Assembly (NCBI RefSeq): GCF_009914755.1
Contig: NC_060928.1
Strand: one strand, 5' to 3'
Length of the DNA stretch: 64,000 bases
Origin: the human T2T-CHM13v2.0 reference genome, Homo sapiens
In this document: in pieces, positions 34,560 to 48,085 of the stretch
Position numbering within the stretch: the first letter of the stretch is position 1
Layout: each line of letters opens with the position of its first letter
Translations under genes and position numbers: made by a program
The notes under the pieces: model-generated
What the model saw: only the letters and a program-made list of their open reading frames with translations
Database searches by the model: none
Told to the model about the DNA's origin: nothing

Positions 34560-34639
34560 TAAATGACAGAGCAGTGCTTCAAACTCACAAGACTCTGAGT
34601 TCTATTAAGAACTATGTTATACAGAAACTTACTATGAAC

Positions 34640-34860
34640 ATTGGCTATGCCCTCCACACTCTGCTGCATGCTTTACCCACTTTGCAATATGGCATTTAAT
34701 TCTTGGAGTAGCCTTATCTAAAGTGACAATTATTATCTCTGTGTTGAGTATGAAAAAAGACATTCACACAGAGATGGTTTGATAGGTTATATAAGATCAA
34801 AAATATAGTAAATAGGAGAACCTGGATTCAAACCCAGGCCATCTTCCTTTAGTGCATTCA
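34640..34860 (-). mobile_element. MIR
   Basis: aattattatctctgtgttgagtatg...agtaaataggagaacctggattcaaacccagg. Confidence 0.6.
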
Positions 34861-35584
34861 ATCTTATCCATTGACAATGATACAGCCACGGGATAATGTA
34901 TTTGGAGTACAGATTTTAAACCCATAGAGATTGCATGTTTTATGAAAAATTTTAAGAGTCATACAAACATGAGAGAAAAATAAGGATAATGGTAAAGGAA
35001 AGAGAGATTATGTTTGTTGAAGAATCTTTGCAGCTATTACATTAACAGTGCAATAAAGAACTGTTATATTTAAATAATTAGTATATCATCAGTACCAGTA
35101 AAGTTGTATACAGGCCTGCTAGACTGAGAAAGGACTCTAAGTACAGTGCTGAACTATGCTTACCGAATATAGTAGGTCTTTACACATATGAAAAGAGAGG
35201 AGTCAAGAGTACTTATTGAGGACAGCAAAAAGCCTTTTTTTCATTTCTCACTTCATACTAAATATCAGGATAAATTTCTAATATACTGAAGAGTTAACAA
35301 ATAAATAAAATCATATATAAATAAAATGTGGGTGAATCTATATGTTGTCTAAGGTATTTTGGAGATATTAAAGATAGTAGAAAAATTCATGAAAATGTTT
35401 AAGTTTAAAAAGAGCACCTTAATATAATAAATGCAATCAAATAGGAAACTTGGGAGAAGAAAAGTAAATCTACAAAATGTTTATTAAAACAAATATAAAA
35501 TACACTCAAATTCCATTAGAAAAAAAGACTATGAAAGGTATTTTGTGAGCAGCACAATGACCTTTGATCATGCAAGGCATAGGT

Positions 35585-35700
35585 GATAAGTTTCTTTAGC
35601 ATCAAAGTGATTAAGAGGTTGGGCTCTGAAATTTGACAAACTTGGGCTAGAATCCAGTTTCACTCAACTTAATGGCAACTGTGTGGCCTTGGTCTAGTTA
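35585..35700 (+). mobile_element. MIR 5' part
   Basis: gtgattaagaggttgggctctgaaatttgacaaacttgggctagaatccag...ctgtgtggccttgg. Confidence 0.7.
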
Positions 35701-35810
35701 GCGGCACAAAGTTCCTTTAGGAATGTAAATGCTTTCAACAATGATCCAACTTACTATTTAATTTATATTCTTTCTATGTCTTTGAACTTTTATTCAACTA
35801 CAACATCTGA

Positions 35811-36136
<326 letters not shown>

Positions 36137-36139
36137 GGG

Positions 36140-36144
36140 TTTTC

Positions 36145-36175
<31 letters not shown>

Positions 36176-36542
36176 CCTTCTTTCTTTTTTCTTCTTTCTT
36201 TTTCTTTCTTTTTCTTTCTTTCTTTCTCTCTCTCTTTCTTTCTTTCTTTTTTTTTTTTTTTTGATGGAGTTTTGCTCTGTCACCCAGGCTGGAGTGCAAT
36301 GGCACGATCTTGGCTTACTGCAACTTCCATATCCTGGGTTCAAGTAATTCTTCTACCTCAGCCTTCCGAGTAACTGGGATTACAGGTGTGTGCTACCACA
36401 CCTGGCTAATACTTGTATTTTTAGTAGAGACAGGGTTTCACCATGTTGGCCAGGCTGGCCTCCCGCTCCCATCCTCAGGGGATCCATCATGCTCAGCCTC
36501 CCAAAGTGATGGGATTACAGGCGTGAGCCATGGCACCCAAGC
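36140..36542 (-). mobile_element. Older AluS with ~120-bp (TTTC)n-expanded tail, in tandem with the preceding Alu
   Basis: Body 36263-36542; tail 36140-36262 is pure pyrimidine. Confidence 0.95.
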
Positions 36543-37867
36543 TCTGCAGGGTTTTCTTACTTCTTATTCCTGTGGACTTGACTCATATGTATTTCTTATA
36601 AGCACCTGTATTCCTCCTTTCTTCCTTCTGTAATCTTGTTCACCTCCTCTTCTTTTATTTGCTGATCTTTTTATTTCGAAGATGATTTTATTGATGAAAC
36701 CATTCAAAATTAGCATAATTAGTAGATATGAAATAATAAACAGCATGAGAAGAGTCAAATTTTGAAATTTTCAGAGGCAATTCTGAAGAAGGTAGGATTG
36801 CCCATAGTCAGTTAAATTTCAATATCAGATAAAAAATTAGTTTTTGTGACATGCCTATACAAAAAGTGTTTTGACTAAATATGACAGTAAAAAAAAAAGG
36901 GCATGTACGAAATAAAACAACCTTGACATTGGAAAATTCAATTGAAAGCCGGCCAATGTATTAATTTTTCTACAATGACAATCTGAATTTGGGAAAAAAT
37001 AAAATTGAAAACATATGTTAAAATAAATCAGGCTACTATAAAGAGAAGAATGTGTTGTAAAGAGCTGGATTTAGAACTCTTAAGTCACAAGCTGTAGAAA
37101 AGCCAGACAAGGCAGGCAGTTTTGTTTAGTATAAGTAAAATGGTTGTCTCTAAGGCATATCAGATATAACTTGGAAGATTTATTGCAAGGATGAGTCACA
37201 AAGGGAAAAAAAGATTGGATTTACAATTATATATAATCCAAAGACATAGGAGCCTAGAAAAATATCGTTTATGAATGGAAATAGAAGGTTGATGCAGTAT
37301 GTCAAGTCAAAAGTATGTCAAATGCATTTGTTGAAATGGATGTAAGTATCCTAAAATTCCATTAGCAGGACAATGCCAACCATGTGGAAGAGTGGCTTTA
37401 TCAAATTTTTTAAAGACAATGCTTATATCAAAGCTTTTTTCGGCAATAAGAACAGTTTTTCTAGAAAATCTATGTGTGAACTCAATATATAAAATAGAAA
37501 GCATTAGAATTGCAGTAATAGAAGCAGCAGAGGGTTTCAAAGTCCCAAGAAAGACATTAGATATTTAGCAGCCTTAATTTAAACACTAAAATAAGGATGA
37601 TCTTCTTTGCTACATTAAAATGAGAAAACAAACACACGAAAACATTCAAAACTGAAAATAATTCTATTAATAAGTACCAAAGTGTCAATTCCTAATTCTT
37701 ATTTTCAGATATATATTTTTAAATAAATTATTCTACGTGTTGAGCACTTGCTTTACTGGTTCCTTACACAAAAGCTTAGTATACATACCGATTATTCAGC
37801 AATTGTAAAGTTTGTGATGTTGCCCCTGCTTCCTCCAAAGAGGCCCTAAAGAACCAGAAGATATTTT

Positions 37868-38392
37868 CCTTTTTTAAATGTGTATTTCTTTTTTAAAAAA
37901 AATTTATTTTAAGTTCTGGGATACATGTACAGAATGTGCAGGTTTGTTACACAGGCCTGCATGTGCCATGGTGGTTTGCTGCACCTATGAACCCTATCAA
38001 CCTGTCATCTAGGTTTGAAGCCCCACATGCTTTAGGTATTTGTCCTAATGTTCTCTGTCCCCTTGTTCCCAACCCCCTGGCAGGCCCCAGTGTGTGTTGT
38101 TTCCATCCCTGTGTCCATGTGTTCTCATTTTTCAACTCCCACTATGAGTGAGAATATTTGGTGTTTGGTTTTCTGTTCCTGTGTTTCTTTGCTGAGAATG
38201 ATGGCTTCTGGTTTCATCCATGTCTCTGCAAAGGACATGATCTCATTCTTGTTTATGGCTGCACAGTATTCCATGGTGTATATGTGCCACATTTTCTTTA
38301 TCCAGTCAATCGTCAATGGAAATTTGGGTTGGTTCCAAGTCTTTGCTATTGTAAATAGTGCTGCAATAAACATATGTGTGCATGTGTCTTTA
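37868..38392 (-). mobile_element. 5'-truncated L1PA (about L1PA8-11) 3' end
   Basis: ORF 38125..38373 (MFIAALFTIAKTWNQPK...WIKKMWHIYTMEY) is the L1 ORF2 C-terminus. TSD cagaaga(t/g)atttt at 37855-37867 and 38393-38405. Confidence 0.95.
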
Positions 38393-40149
38393 CAGAAGAG
38401 ATTTTATCAAAAACATATTTTGGGCAAAGGCATGTATGAGTTCAGTAATAAGGACAGGAACTACAGGCAAGAAGGAATAAAAGTTGTGATGTATGGAGTC
38501 AAAGGCACTGGTTTTCCTGATGTGTTATCAAAACTAAAAATTATTTTGTAAAAACTAAAAATTTTGAAATAATACATTGAAATTATCTAAATGCTATGCT
38601 AATGTGACATTATTACTGGAGAGATAAGAATAATAATGAAATGAACAGAAGCCTAATTCTTATTTCAATGTGGCAAAGTATGGGTATAATTTAAAAGATG
38701 AAGACATCTTTCACAGAAAGAAAGTATAAAACTCTAGGATTTAAAGAACATATATAGGTATTTCCAATGGCGAAATCATTTAATGATGTTCAAAGGCAGA
38801 AAGTCGAATTTGAAGGAACAGCAGGCAATAGAAATACTTCAGCTTCACATACATTGTATAAGCCTTTCCAGATATTCTGGTCACAGGTTTTAATTTATTA
38901 TACTCTCTTCCTGGGCATTTACACCTGCTCCCAGGACTTTTTCTATATGCTGTTAGTGTCCACAAATAAAACAAGCATTTTGACATTTCACAGAGGTAAT
39001 ACGGAGCGAAGTTGGTAGATGTCAGTTATAACGATAGACTGTAGGAGACCAAAAGCAAGATAGATTGCCTTTGCATTGCAACTCAGAGCCAGCTGCCGTA
39101 TTTTGAAACATTTAAATATTGCAATCCTTACAATTGCTGCCTCCTTTAGGGGTAGGTATGTGATAAACCAGAAACACCATTTCAATGTTATTGTCTTTGA
39201 AACCCAGATTTTTGATGGGGCTATACCACTCTCCTTGGATGAGAGCATCTTTGGCAAAGGGAAGTTTGGAGGTCTATCTTGCATTCAAAGTTCTTAGTTT
39301 TCATACGGCAGTTGACTTGAATGTTGAGTTAAGAGGTAGAAGGTTTGCTGGGAAGTCTACAGTGACAGGGCAGGAAAAACACTCTTCTGTCCTCAGCCAG
39401 CAGAAAGGGAGGGGAACTACAAGCCTGTGGTAATTTTCTTTTTGGAGAATGTGGGAGAAACTTGGGACTTAGTAGCTGCCAACACTCAAAGGCAGTAGAG
39501 TCAGTTTGAGAGGACCAACGAGTTCCATCTAATCCAACAGATTAGGTCTTTTTTTTTGGTCACATTAACCTATGAGTGAATTCTCATGAAAACTAATTAA
39601 ATAAAATAAACACTATTAAATAAGATTAAAAAGCAAGGCTTTCTCAGGACATAAGAGTTACAACAGATAAATTTTGCCAACTCACTACTAACAATTCTGT
39701 TCATTTACTGCATTTACTAACATCTGATGACAATTATATTATCTCATATACACTCCTCAGCAAATATGCATTCATAATTTTGATAATAGAGGAAATCATA
39801 GTAGGCAATATTGTTGAAAGGAGGACTGTGGTCTGATTTTGAAAATCTCTGCAATGAAAACACATTTTTCATTTAGAGTGAATGTTTATTTAGTGTGGCC
39901 TTGGTATAATTGAATAAAACTTATTCTGTGCTTTTCCCACTGTCTTAAGGAATGCCTATCTCAAGTTGTTTATTATGCCTTTAGAGCAAATAAATGCAGA
40001 AATTATGCCTGGCAGTTATATGTGAAATTTTATTCATCCACGTAATATGCCAGTGCAGTCCCTATAAGTCAAACATGCATTGCCATCTGTCTTTAAATTC
40101 AGATTTGAATAATAGTTACTGATTGCCATTTACAGACCAGATCTAATTC

Positions 40150-40330
40150 AGAGCTCTTTACAAACATTTTATCATTAAAATATTCTGAAAAATTTGTAAC
40201 GCAAATATTATTATACCCAGTTTATAGATGAGAAAACTGATATTGAAAGCAGTTAATTAACTTCCCAGGAACAATCAGTTATACAGATGATAGATCCAAG
40301 GTTTGAATTATGATGGTCTTGTGTTTGAAA
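40150..40330 (-). mobile_element. MIR
   Basis: attattatacccagtttatagatgagaaaactga...gttaattaacttccca. Confidence 0.75.
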
Positions 40331-40629
40331 TTCTCATGCCTTTGATGCAGTTGAAGCTGCCTTTTTCTTCCTGTTGTTTGTCTGTACTCTGCCTTTCTCA
40401 GGCCCTATTAGAAAATCAACCCATATTATTGGATCTCTGACATTCAACTATCTTTCCCTGTTCCCAAATCTCCTTCAAATTAAACAGATTGGAGCTTTTA
40501 AAATAATGTTTCAAAATAAAAGCCAAAATAAACCCAATTTAGCTTCATGGCAGATGTTCTAGTTCTAGGCTGAATTAGACATCAAATCTCCTTCTCCTTT
40601 GTATGTTTTTATTGTTGTTGATTTTGGAG

Positions 40630-41170
40630 AACAGCACCAAATTAATGAATTGCCTTTCAAATCCCCTCTCGAAAATGTGCTTACAGCCATGGACAGTCGG
40701 CCCAGGTGTGGTAGCAGAGTTAATTAGCAATGTGCACATTAGACACATCTCAGAAGGCTGCATATCTAATGCAAATGTTCCAGTGCTTAATGTTCATTCA
40801 GACGTGTATAGTGATTGCAGCATTACAGAGGACAAAGCTAGGTGCTGTGAGCTTATGAGCTTGGACAGAGCTTTCTTGTGGATTCAGGAAAAAACTGAAA
40901 GGGGCAGAATGGTGAAATCTTTTACTGATTCCTTTGGAATTGATTCTTATTGCATTAACCGGTAGGATGCACATCGTGCATAATAATAATTACGTCGCTA
41001 TAACAGGACATTTATTTGGGATTGCTTCAGTGCACAATATCCAGTGTATGCTTATGTGTGTGCTGGTCCATTTTAAAGTACCCCCTGTCAAACAAAATGC
41101 CAGTGTCACATGACAAACGTGATTAATACTCCTGTTTACCATTCGATGATTATACTTTAGCTTTAAATTT
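40630..41170. promoter_or_regulatory. Candidate conserved non-coding/enhancer-like element
   Basis: Non-repetitive block with octamer ATGCAAAT (40769-40776), several TAAT/TAATTA cores, TGTCA sites and locally retained CpGs. Motif-based inference only. Confidence 0.35.
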
Positions 41171-41784
41171 TTCTATTATTTTTGTATTGGGCCTTTTTTT
41201 TTGCACAGATGTGTAAAAAATTGAAACACCGACACAAGAGTCTCTGTCAGACAGATGAAAATCAAAATAGCATTATTCTTACAAAGTAAACCAGTCAGAA
41301 AATATACTTTAGATTTATGACAAAATGGACTTGTTGACGCCAGAATTACATTAGAATTAGGTAGTTACAAGCAGCACTGGACAATCTCAGAATGCCTCTG
41401 TCAGGAAGAGGTCTCTTAGCGCATGGTAGAGAAAATGCAGAATGAATTTATTTTGCAGATAAAATTTTACAAAAAAAGCAGAATCAAAGTAAGTTTTAGC
41501 CATACCTATTTAGTCCTTTTCCAAAACTCATCAATCAAATAAATTGATTAACCATCGAAAATGTCAAATTCTCTATTTCAGAGTAGAATAAACTATTGTT
41601 TTGTTAAGACAACTAGAATTTGTTTAATGTGTTAAAAATTTTTAATAAAAAAAGAATAATCTCTTGGGGCACATATCAACTCCTCCTTGAGACTATGTAT
41701 TATAAGGAAAAAAATGTAACTACAAAAACAATAATCCTTCAGCCTAGATTAACTGAGTTTAATTACCCATTGGCTGACAAATTA

Positions 41785-41935
41785 GCTACTGGGTACAATG
41801 TTCAATATTTGGGTGATGGGTACACTAGAAACCCAATCCCTACCATTAAGGAATATATCTATATAACAAACATGTAAATGTACCCCTGAAGCTAAAATTT
41901 TGAAAAAGTAAAAATTTAATCTAAAAAAATAATGT
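41785..41935 (+). mobile_element. Short L1PB-like 3' end with A-rich tail
   Basis: gggtacaatgttcaatatttgggtgatgggtacactagaaaccca...aacaaacatgtaaatgtacccctgaa. Confidence 0.85.
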
Positions 41936-41987
41936 TAAAATGTATGTATATATGTAACTATTTTATATATACAACATATATATACAC

Positions 41988-42060
41988 AAATGCCAGTGTC
42001 ACACGACAAACATGACTAATACTCCTGTTTACCATACAATGATTATACTTTAGCTTTAAA
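41988..42060 (+). repeat. 73-bp direct duplicate of 41095-41167
   Basis: 68/73 identical without gaps, offset 893 bp. Confidence 0.95.
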
Positions 42061-42140
42061 ATTTTGATGTGTATGTATATATATACACACATATATTTTT
42101 ATATATATATATACTCACATCATATATTATATATATAATG

Positions 42141-42212
42141 TAACTTTTAAGTTCAGTGGTACAAGTTCAGGCTTGTTACATAGGTAAACTTGTGTCATGG
42201 GGGTCTGTAGTT
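42141..42212 (-). mobile_element. Very short older L1PA 3' end
   Basis: taacttttaagttcagtggtacaagttcaggcttgttacataggtaaacttgtgtcatggggg. Confidence 0.8.
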
Positions 42213-42319
42213 TTAATAGAATCTTTAAGGTTTACTTATTTGAATATTTGGCAATTATACAAAATAATTTAGGTAAAATATATAACTCCTCTGAGAGTTC
42301 CTCCCACCGGCTCTTTTAA

Positions 42320-42701
<382 letters not shown>

Positions 42702-42862
42702 TAAGGCTTTAATATTAGCTTAGAAAAAAACACTGTTCTCACTAGAAGGGCCTAAAACATGTAATAGTTGTGACAAATATGAAATATGTTCATGCACCTG
42801 CACAGTTAAGCTGAGGTCACCCAAATCATGTCTAAGTATCCGATGTTTATGTGACATCCTAA

Positions 42863-43140
42863 TGTATTAGTTTCTTATTAGTTCTGTAATAAATTACCAC
42901 AAACCTAGTAGCTTAAGACAACAGATATTTATTATCTCATAGGTCTGGAGGTCAGAAATACAAAATAGGTTTCACTGGGCTACAATCAAAATGTCAGCAG
43001 GGCTCTATTCCTTCTGGGGACTGTAGGGAGGAATCCATCCCATTGCCTTTTCCAGCTTCTATAATTCACCTACATTCCTTGATCTGTGGCCCCTTCCTTC
43101 ATATTCAAAGCCAGCAGTGTAGTGTCTGCCCATCTTTCTC
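42863..43140 (-). mobile_element. MLT1D-like LTR (3' part)
   Basis: tgtattagtttc...aaattaccacaaacctagtagcttaagacaaca...tctggaggtcagaa...ttgccttttccagcttcta. Confidence 0.85.
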
Positions 43141-43147
43141 TCTAAGG

Positions 43148-43292
43148 ATGGAAGGACAGAAGGACAGAAGGAGGGAAGGAAGGGAGGGAGGGAGGGAGGA
43201 AGGGAGGGAAGGAAGGGAGGGAGGGAGGGAGGAAGTGAGGGAAGGAGGCAAGGAACAAGGAAGGAAGGTAGGGAGGAAAGAAAGAGAGAAAA
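43148..43292. repeat. Polypurine (GGAA/GGGA)n tract
   Basis: ggagggaaggaagggagggagggagggaggaagggagggaagg... Confidence 0.95.
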
Positions 43293-43718
43293 ACAATGAA
43301 AGCAAACTAGCTGTATTTTGGGCAAACAGTTCTGGAAGTCAGCAAGTCAGTGGGAAACATAAAGATCTGGCTTAATTTTGTTTCTCCAGATTGCTGAGTT
43401 TTTTCCCATAACATTTGTTGATTTTCAAAATAGAGCACTACTAGTAAGGCAAAGGGGTCCAAACAAAGCGGAGAAATACTGTAACATTTCTGTAAAAATA
43501 GGCAGGGAAAATCATTTTTAAATCTACTGAAATTTTTTTAAAAAGTAGAATAAGATAGAAATGCTGTGATTTCAATAAAATTCACATTATTTTTATTTTA
43601 CAAAATTTCTAGTGAAAACAATGTATACACATAATATATAATACATTCCTTATATTATATGAAAATATTTTATTTATATATTTTATTTGTATGTATTTTA
43701 TTTACATATAATGTATAA

Positions 43719-43721
<3 letters not shown>

Positions 43722-43756
<35 letters not shown>
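43722..43756. repeat. (AT)~17 microsatellite within an AT-rich tract
   Basis: Direct reading of the sequence. Confidence 0.95.
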
Positions 43757-43761
<5 letters not shown>

Positions 43762-43779
43762 AATGCAAAGAAGTAAAAA

Positions 43780-44580
43780 TATACACAACCCAATTTTTTT
43801 AACAGGGAAAAGAACATATACTTCACAAAGAGTATGCTGGAATGACCAATACATATTTTAAAAGCCACTGGACATCATTAACCATTTTGGAATTGCAAAT
43901 TTAGATTATAGTAAGATATCTCAGTACATGCTCAAAATGAGGTAAATTTAAAACATAGTGAATATCAAATATTGATGTAGAGATGAACAACTGGAACTCA
44001 CATATGACTCTTAGGAAGGAAAAACAATACAAACACTCTGGAAAGCTAGCCTTTTTTGCATTCACCATAGAATCAATAATTTTACTACAAATCATATACA
44101 AATGAGATATAAGTGCATATGCCTACAAAATGCATGCACAATATATCACAGTAGATTTATTCTTAATATTTAAAAAATTGGAAACATTCTAAGTACACAC
44201 CAATGGCAAATGAATAAATAATATATTTTTAAAATAGAATAATTCTACACAGCAATTTACAAAGGAAATTGGAACAATTATTACAAGTAATAAGATGGCT
44301 GAATCTCAAACACATAGCAATGGATAACAGAAGTTAAACAAAAACGTACATAGTTTTACTCATGTGAAATTTAAGTATAGATTGGTATCTAAATCGTATT
44401 ATCTCTGGGAAGTTTTATAGGCTGGAAATGTATACAAGGAAAACATGTGGCTTGCTGGAAACATTTTCATGCTTTATTTAAGTGGCAATTGCATAGATTC
44501 CATATCCATAAAATATTTAAGATATGTATGTGAAATTAGTGCACTTCACAGATTTGATATTATCAATTTGAAATAAATAG
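43780..44580 (+). mobile_element. L1ME 3' region
   Basis: gatgtagagatgaacaactggaactcacatatgact...aaattggaaacattctaagtacacaccaatggcaaatgaataaata...gatggctgaatctcaaacacat. Confidence 0.7.
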
Positions 44581-44599
44581 CTCTCCATGTGTGTTTTTT

Positions 44600-46375
44600 T
44601 TTTAAAGAAAATATCATATTTTCATTGGGATTGTGTCTTCCAATCCCGGTCCATGGCCTATCCATTCACCTATTTATGTGCCTCTTACTTTTTGATTTTT
44701 CCCCAGATAACGTTTTGATTTGACTCACTTAAGTGCTTTTTACTTTTTTGATTTTTCCCCAGTTATGTTTTGATTTGTATTCTTATCATATTTTAAAAAA
44801 TTTATCAACTAACAATATTTTAAAATTTTCACTTTTTAGTTTTTATGACTTTTGTACATTATTCTTGCCAATTTACATTAGCTAGCCACTTCAAAATACA
44901 TTGAACAGAAATGATTATACTGGGTGTTCTTTTCTGATTCCCATCTCTGTGGTAAAGCTTTCAGCACTTGACCATGAATAATGACTGTTGAAGTTTTAGT
45001 GAATTTTTTTCTTTTGTAAATGAGGTTGTTTTCCTATAATTTTGATTTGCTAAGATAAATGTTTGTGTTATGAATATGTTGAACTTTATGAAATATTTTT
45101 CCCTTACTGTGAGGAAAATAAGGTTATTATCTCATTATTTTAACATAGTGAGTTGTTAATCGGTTTTAATATAATAGGTTTAGCTGGATTTGTATTTATC
45201 TTATCTGATATTTTTAGGGCTTCTTGATTTATGGTTTATACCAATAAGCAGATTTGGACAATTCTTGTATAATAGCTATTCCAATATTATTTTTCCCAAT
45301 TCTCCCTCTCTGGCTACTGTGGGAGTCTAATTACATGTATGTTACTAATGTCACTCTGTCATGTAAGTCTCTTCTACATTTTTCCACATTTAGTATATTA
45401 TTTTGCTCTTTATTTTATTCATTTTTTATTGTGATATGCCCATTCTTCTGTTAAATTCATCTGCCTTCTCAGTTTATGATACTTGATTTTACAATCCATT
45501 TATAATAATTCCCCAAAGCGAGTCATCTGTGAGTCTGTTAATATAATCATTTGTTTTCTCTTCTTTTCTTGGGAGGTTTGGTTATTTTTGATAGAATTCC
45601 AGATATTTTAAATTGTAGCGACTCTGGATGATTTTTTCTTCCTCTTTAGAAGTTTGTGTTTGTCCCCTGACAGACTGGAAGAATGGAGTCAAGAGGGACT
45701 GAGTTCCCTAGAAGCTAGGTTATAAGTTTTTAGGGAGTATGTTTACTACTAATAGTATAGCCTACCTGCACTTCCAGCTGAGATACGGGATATTTTCCAG
45801 GCCCTTTTCGTTTTGGAAATTCTATCTATCTATCTATCTAATCTATCTATTTTTTCTCTGTAGTACTATGACACTAGAAAACTCAGCTCCACTCATCGGG
45901 GGCTGTGTCTAACTTCTTATTCTTTGGCCCTGTGCACCTCAAGACTTTCATATCCTTTAAATGGAAAACTGACAGACTATCACTACCACTTTGCTGAACC
46001 TCTTTTCTTACAAGGTGAATGCCTACTCTCAATTTCCTAACTACCTTGGCAGCCCAAAACTTAATTCTCCGAATTTCGCCGAAATTTCACTTATTAGCAA
46101 AAGCCCTCTGCCGGAACTGACTCTCTGGATTCTTGACCTTTTCATGTACAAGTAATAGCACAAGCACTGAGGGTGAAAATGTGCTACATAATATCACATC
46201 AACTCTCTGCAGTTCCTTCTTCCTGGGATTTTGACCCTGCAAGTCTTGTTTAACTCTGTAATTCTCTAGTTCCACCAAGGAGGTATTTTTTAAAAACTTG
46301 TTCTGTGTATTTCCCAGTTGTTTGTAGCAATATTGTTGTTCTACTACAACGTACTCTGTTGTGGCCAGGAGAAGT
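44600..46375 (-). mobile_element. Old L1ME-class fragments (ORF2 piece, then ORF1/5' region)
   Basis: atacattgaacagaaatgattatactgggtgttcttttctgattccc...aaagctttcagc; tctccctctctggctactgtgggagtctaattacatgtatgtta. Confidence 0.6.
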
Positions 46376-47769
46376 CATCTTACAAGGCTTTACTTAAATT
46401 ATTCAATGATGATTCTTAGACTAAATTTTAGAGCCACAGTTATATGTATACCTCAAAAATCACTATTAATAATTTGAAATTCTTTACCATTCTTTATATA
46501 ACTGATTAATAAGTGTTTCAGGGAATGTGATGACATGGTGGCCTCTTTATCAATAATATTCTGGGCATAAAGAGACTAATTCAGGTTCGAGGCTACTATT
46601 CCTATCTGCTTCTCCACACTTCTATAGAGCCAAACTAAATAAGACTATTCTATATGCCAGTGCATCATTAGTGTCTTACAGGTCCTAGCAGAGAAAGATA
46701 GGGATTAGACTTTTTGCTGCTAATTATATAATTCCAAGATTAGAGCTGTATTTTTAGTTTTCAAAGTAGTCTAAGCACATTTTTAAAAAATAAAACTGTT
46801 TTCATATCAATCAAGTCCTATTACTAGGCTCATGAAATAATTTGAGGAATGTACTATTTTTATTCTTTGCAATAATTGTATGAGGATAATGATAATTTCT
46901 TATATGTTCAAAAGAACTGACCAGTGGATCTAACTTGCATTCTGGGAAGGTTTTTAAGTCAGATTTAACTTTTTAATTAGACATAAGACTATTCAGATGT
47001 ACTATATCTTTTTGTTATGTTTATGTTTAAAAAATTGTCCATTTCATCTTTCTGGTTATTTTTTGCTGGTTGTTTTTCAGGGCATAATTTGAGTTTCTTA
47101 TAAGAAAGCACTATTTTTAATTTTATTACTATATTTTCCCCCCAGATTATGAAACTGCGTAAATTCCAGTCTCCGAAAGACATTTTAAATATGGGAAGAA
47201 TTGTTTGTCATGGTTGAGGGAAAATGTAAAGCAATAATAAATCTTTCTAAAACATTTCTTCACAGTTGCCTACTTACCCCTTAAAACTGTAACGCTCAAT
47301 CACCGTCACATACTCAGAACAGCATAAAACACTTTCACATTTTTTCTGAAAAATCTGAGGCAAGTAAACACATTCTAGTATAGAATATAAAACAAAACTG
47401 TGAGATTAGAGAAATAAAATGCCAAATTAAGATAAGAAACAATTACCTCACTGCCCTGTGCATTCAGAACTGTTGTATATTCTCAAACTGAACTACAAAT
47501 ATTTAAAATGTTGATAGTAACCTACAGAATTTCTTCAACTAGGGAGGGTTTCCTATATGAGTCAATGTCCTTAAGGTAGCACATAAAGAAGGTGTCGTAG
47601 TAATCATAAAAAGTAAATATTGCTGTGTCATTAATTATAGAAGAAATGTCTCCTAGAAGCAGCTTGAATGATGTCAGTAAAACGATGTAAAAAAAAGAAA
47701 CCAATATGCAATGGCACAGAAGAGTTCTATGTCTAGGGAAAAGCTAAGAACATTTCTTTAGGCAAGATT

Positions 47770-48085
47770 TTCTTTTAGGCCATTAGGGCTGCGCCAACAA
47801 AATACCAGAGGCTGAGTAGCTTATGAACAACAGACAAGCATTTCACGCAGTTCAGAGGCTGGGAAGTCCACGATCAAGGCACGCACAGTATCTGGCAAGG
47901 GCCCCCTTCCTCATCTTACAAGGTGGAAGGGACAAGGCAGCTCTCTGGGTTTCCTTTATAAAAGCACTAATCTCATTCATAAGGGCTCTGCCCTCATGAT
48001 GTAATCATCTCACTAAAACCCCCAACTCCTAATACCGTCACCTTGAAAATCGGATATCAACATGTGAAGTTGGGGAAACAGCTTA
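47770..48085 (-). mobile_element. MLT1A-like solo LTR
   Basis: gggctgcgccaacaaaataccagaggctgagtagcttatgaacaacaga...gaggctgggaagtccacgatcaagg...gcactaatctcattcataagggctctgccctcatga. Confidence 0.88.

Noticed and set aside
38767-39433. Cluster of overlapping 68-98 aa ORFs as a processed pseudogene or exon
   Set aside because: No translation resembles a protein I recognise, and there is no poly(A) plus TSD signature.
40603-40965. 120-aa ATG-initiated ORF in unique DNA with a hydrophobic N-terminus
   Set aside because: No recognisable domain, promoter or exon structure. A rough estimate gives a few stop-free runs of this length by chance in six frames of 64 kb.
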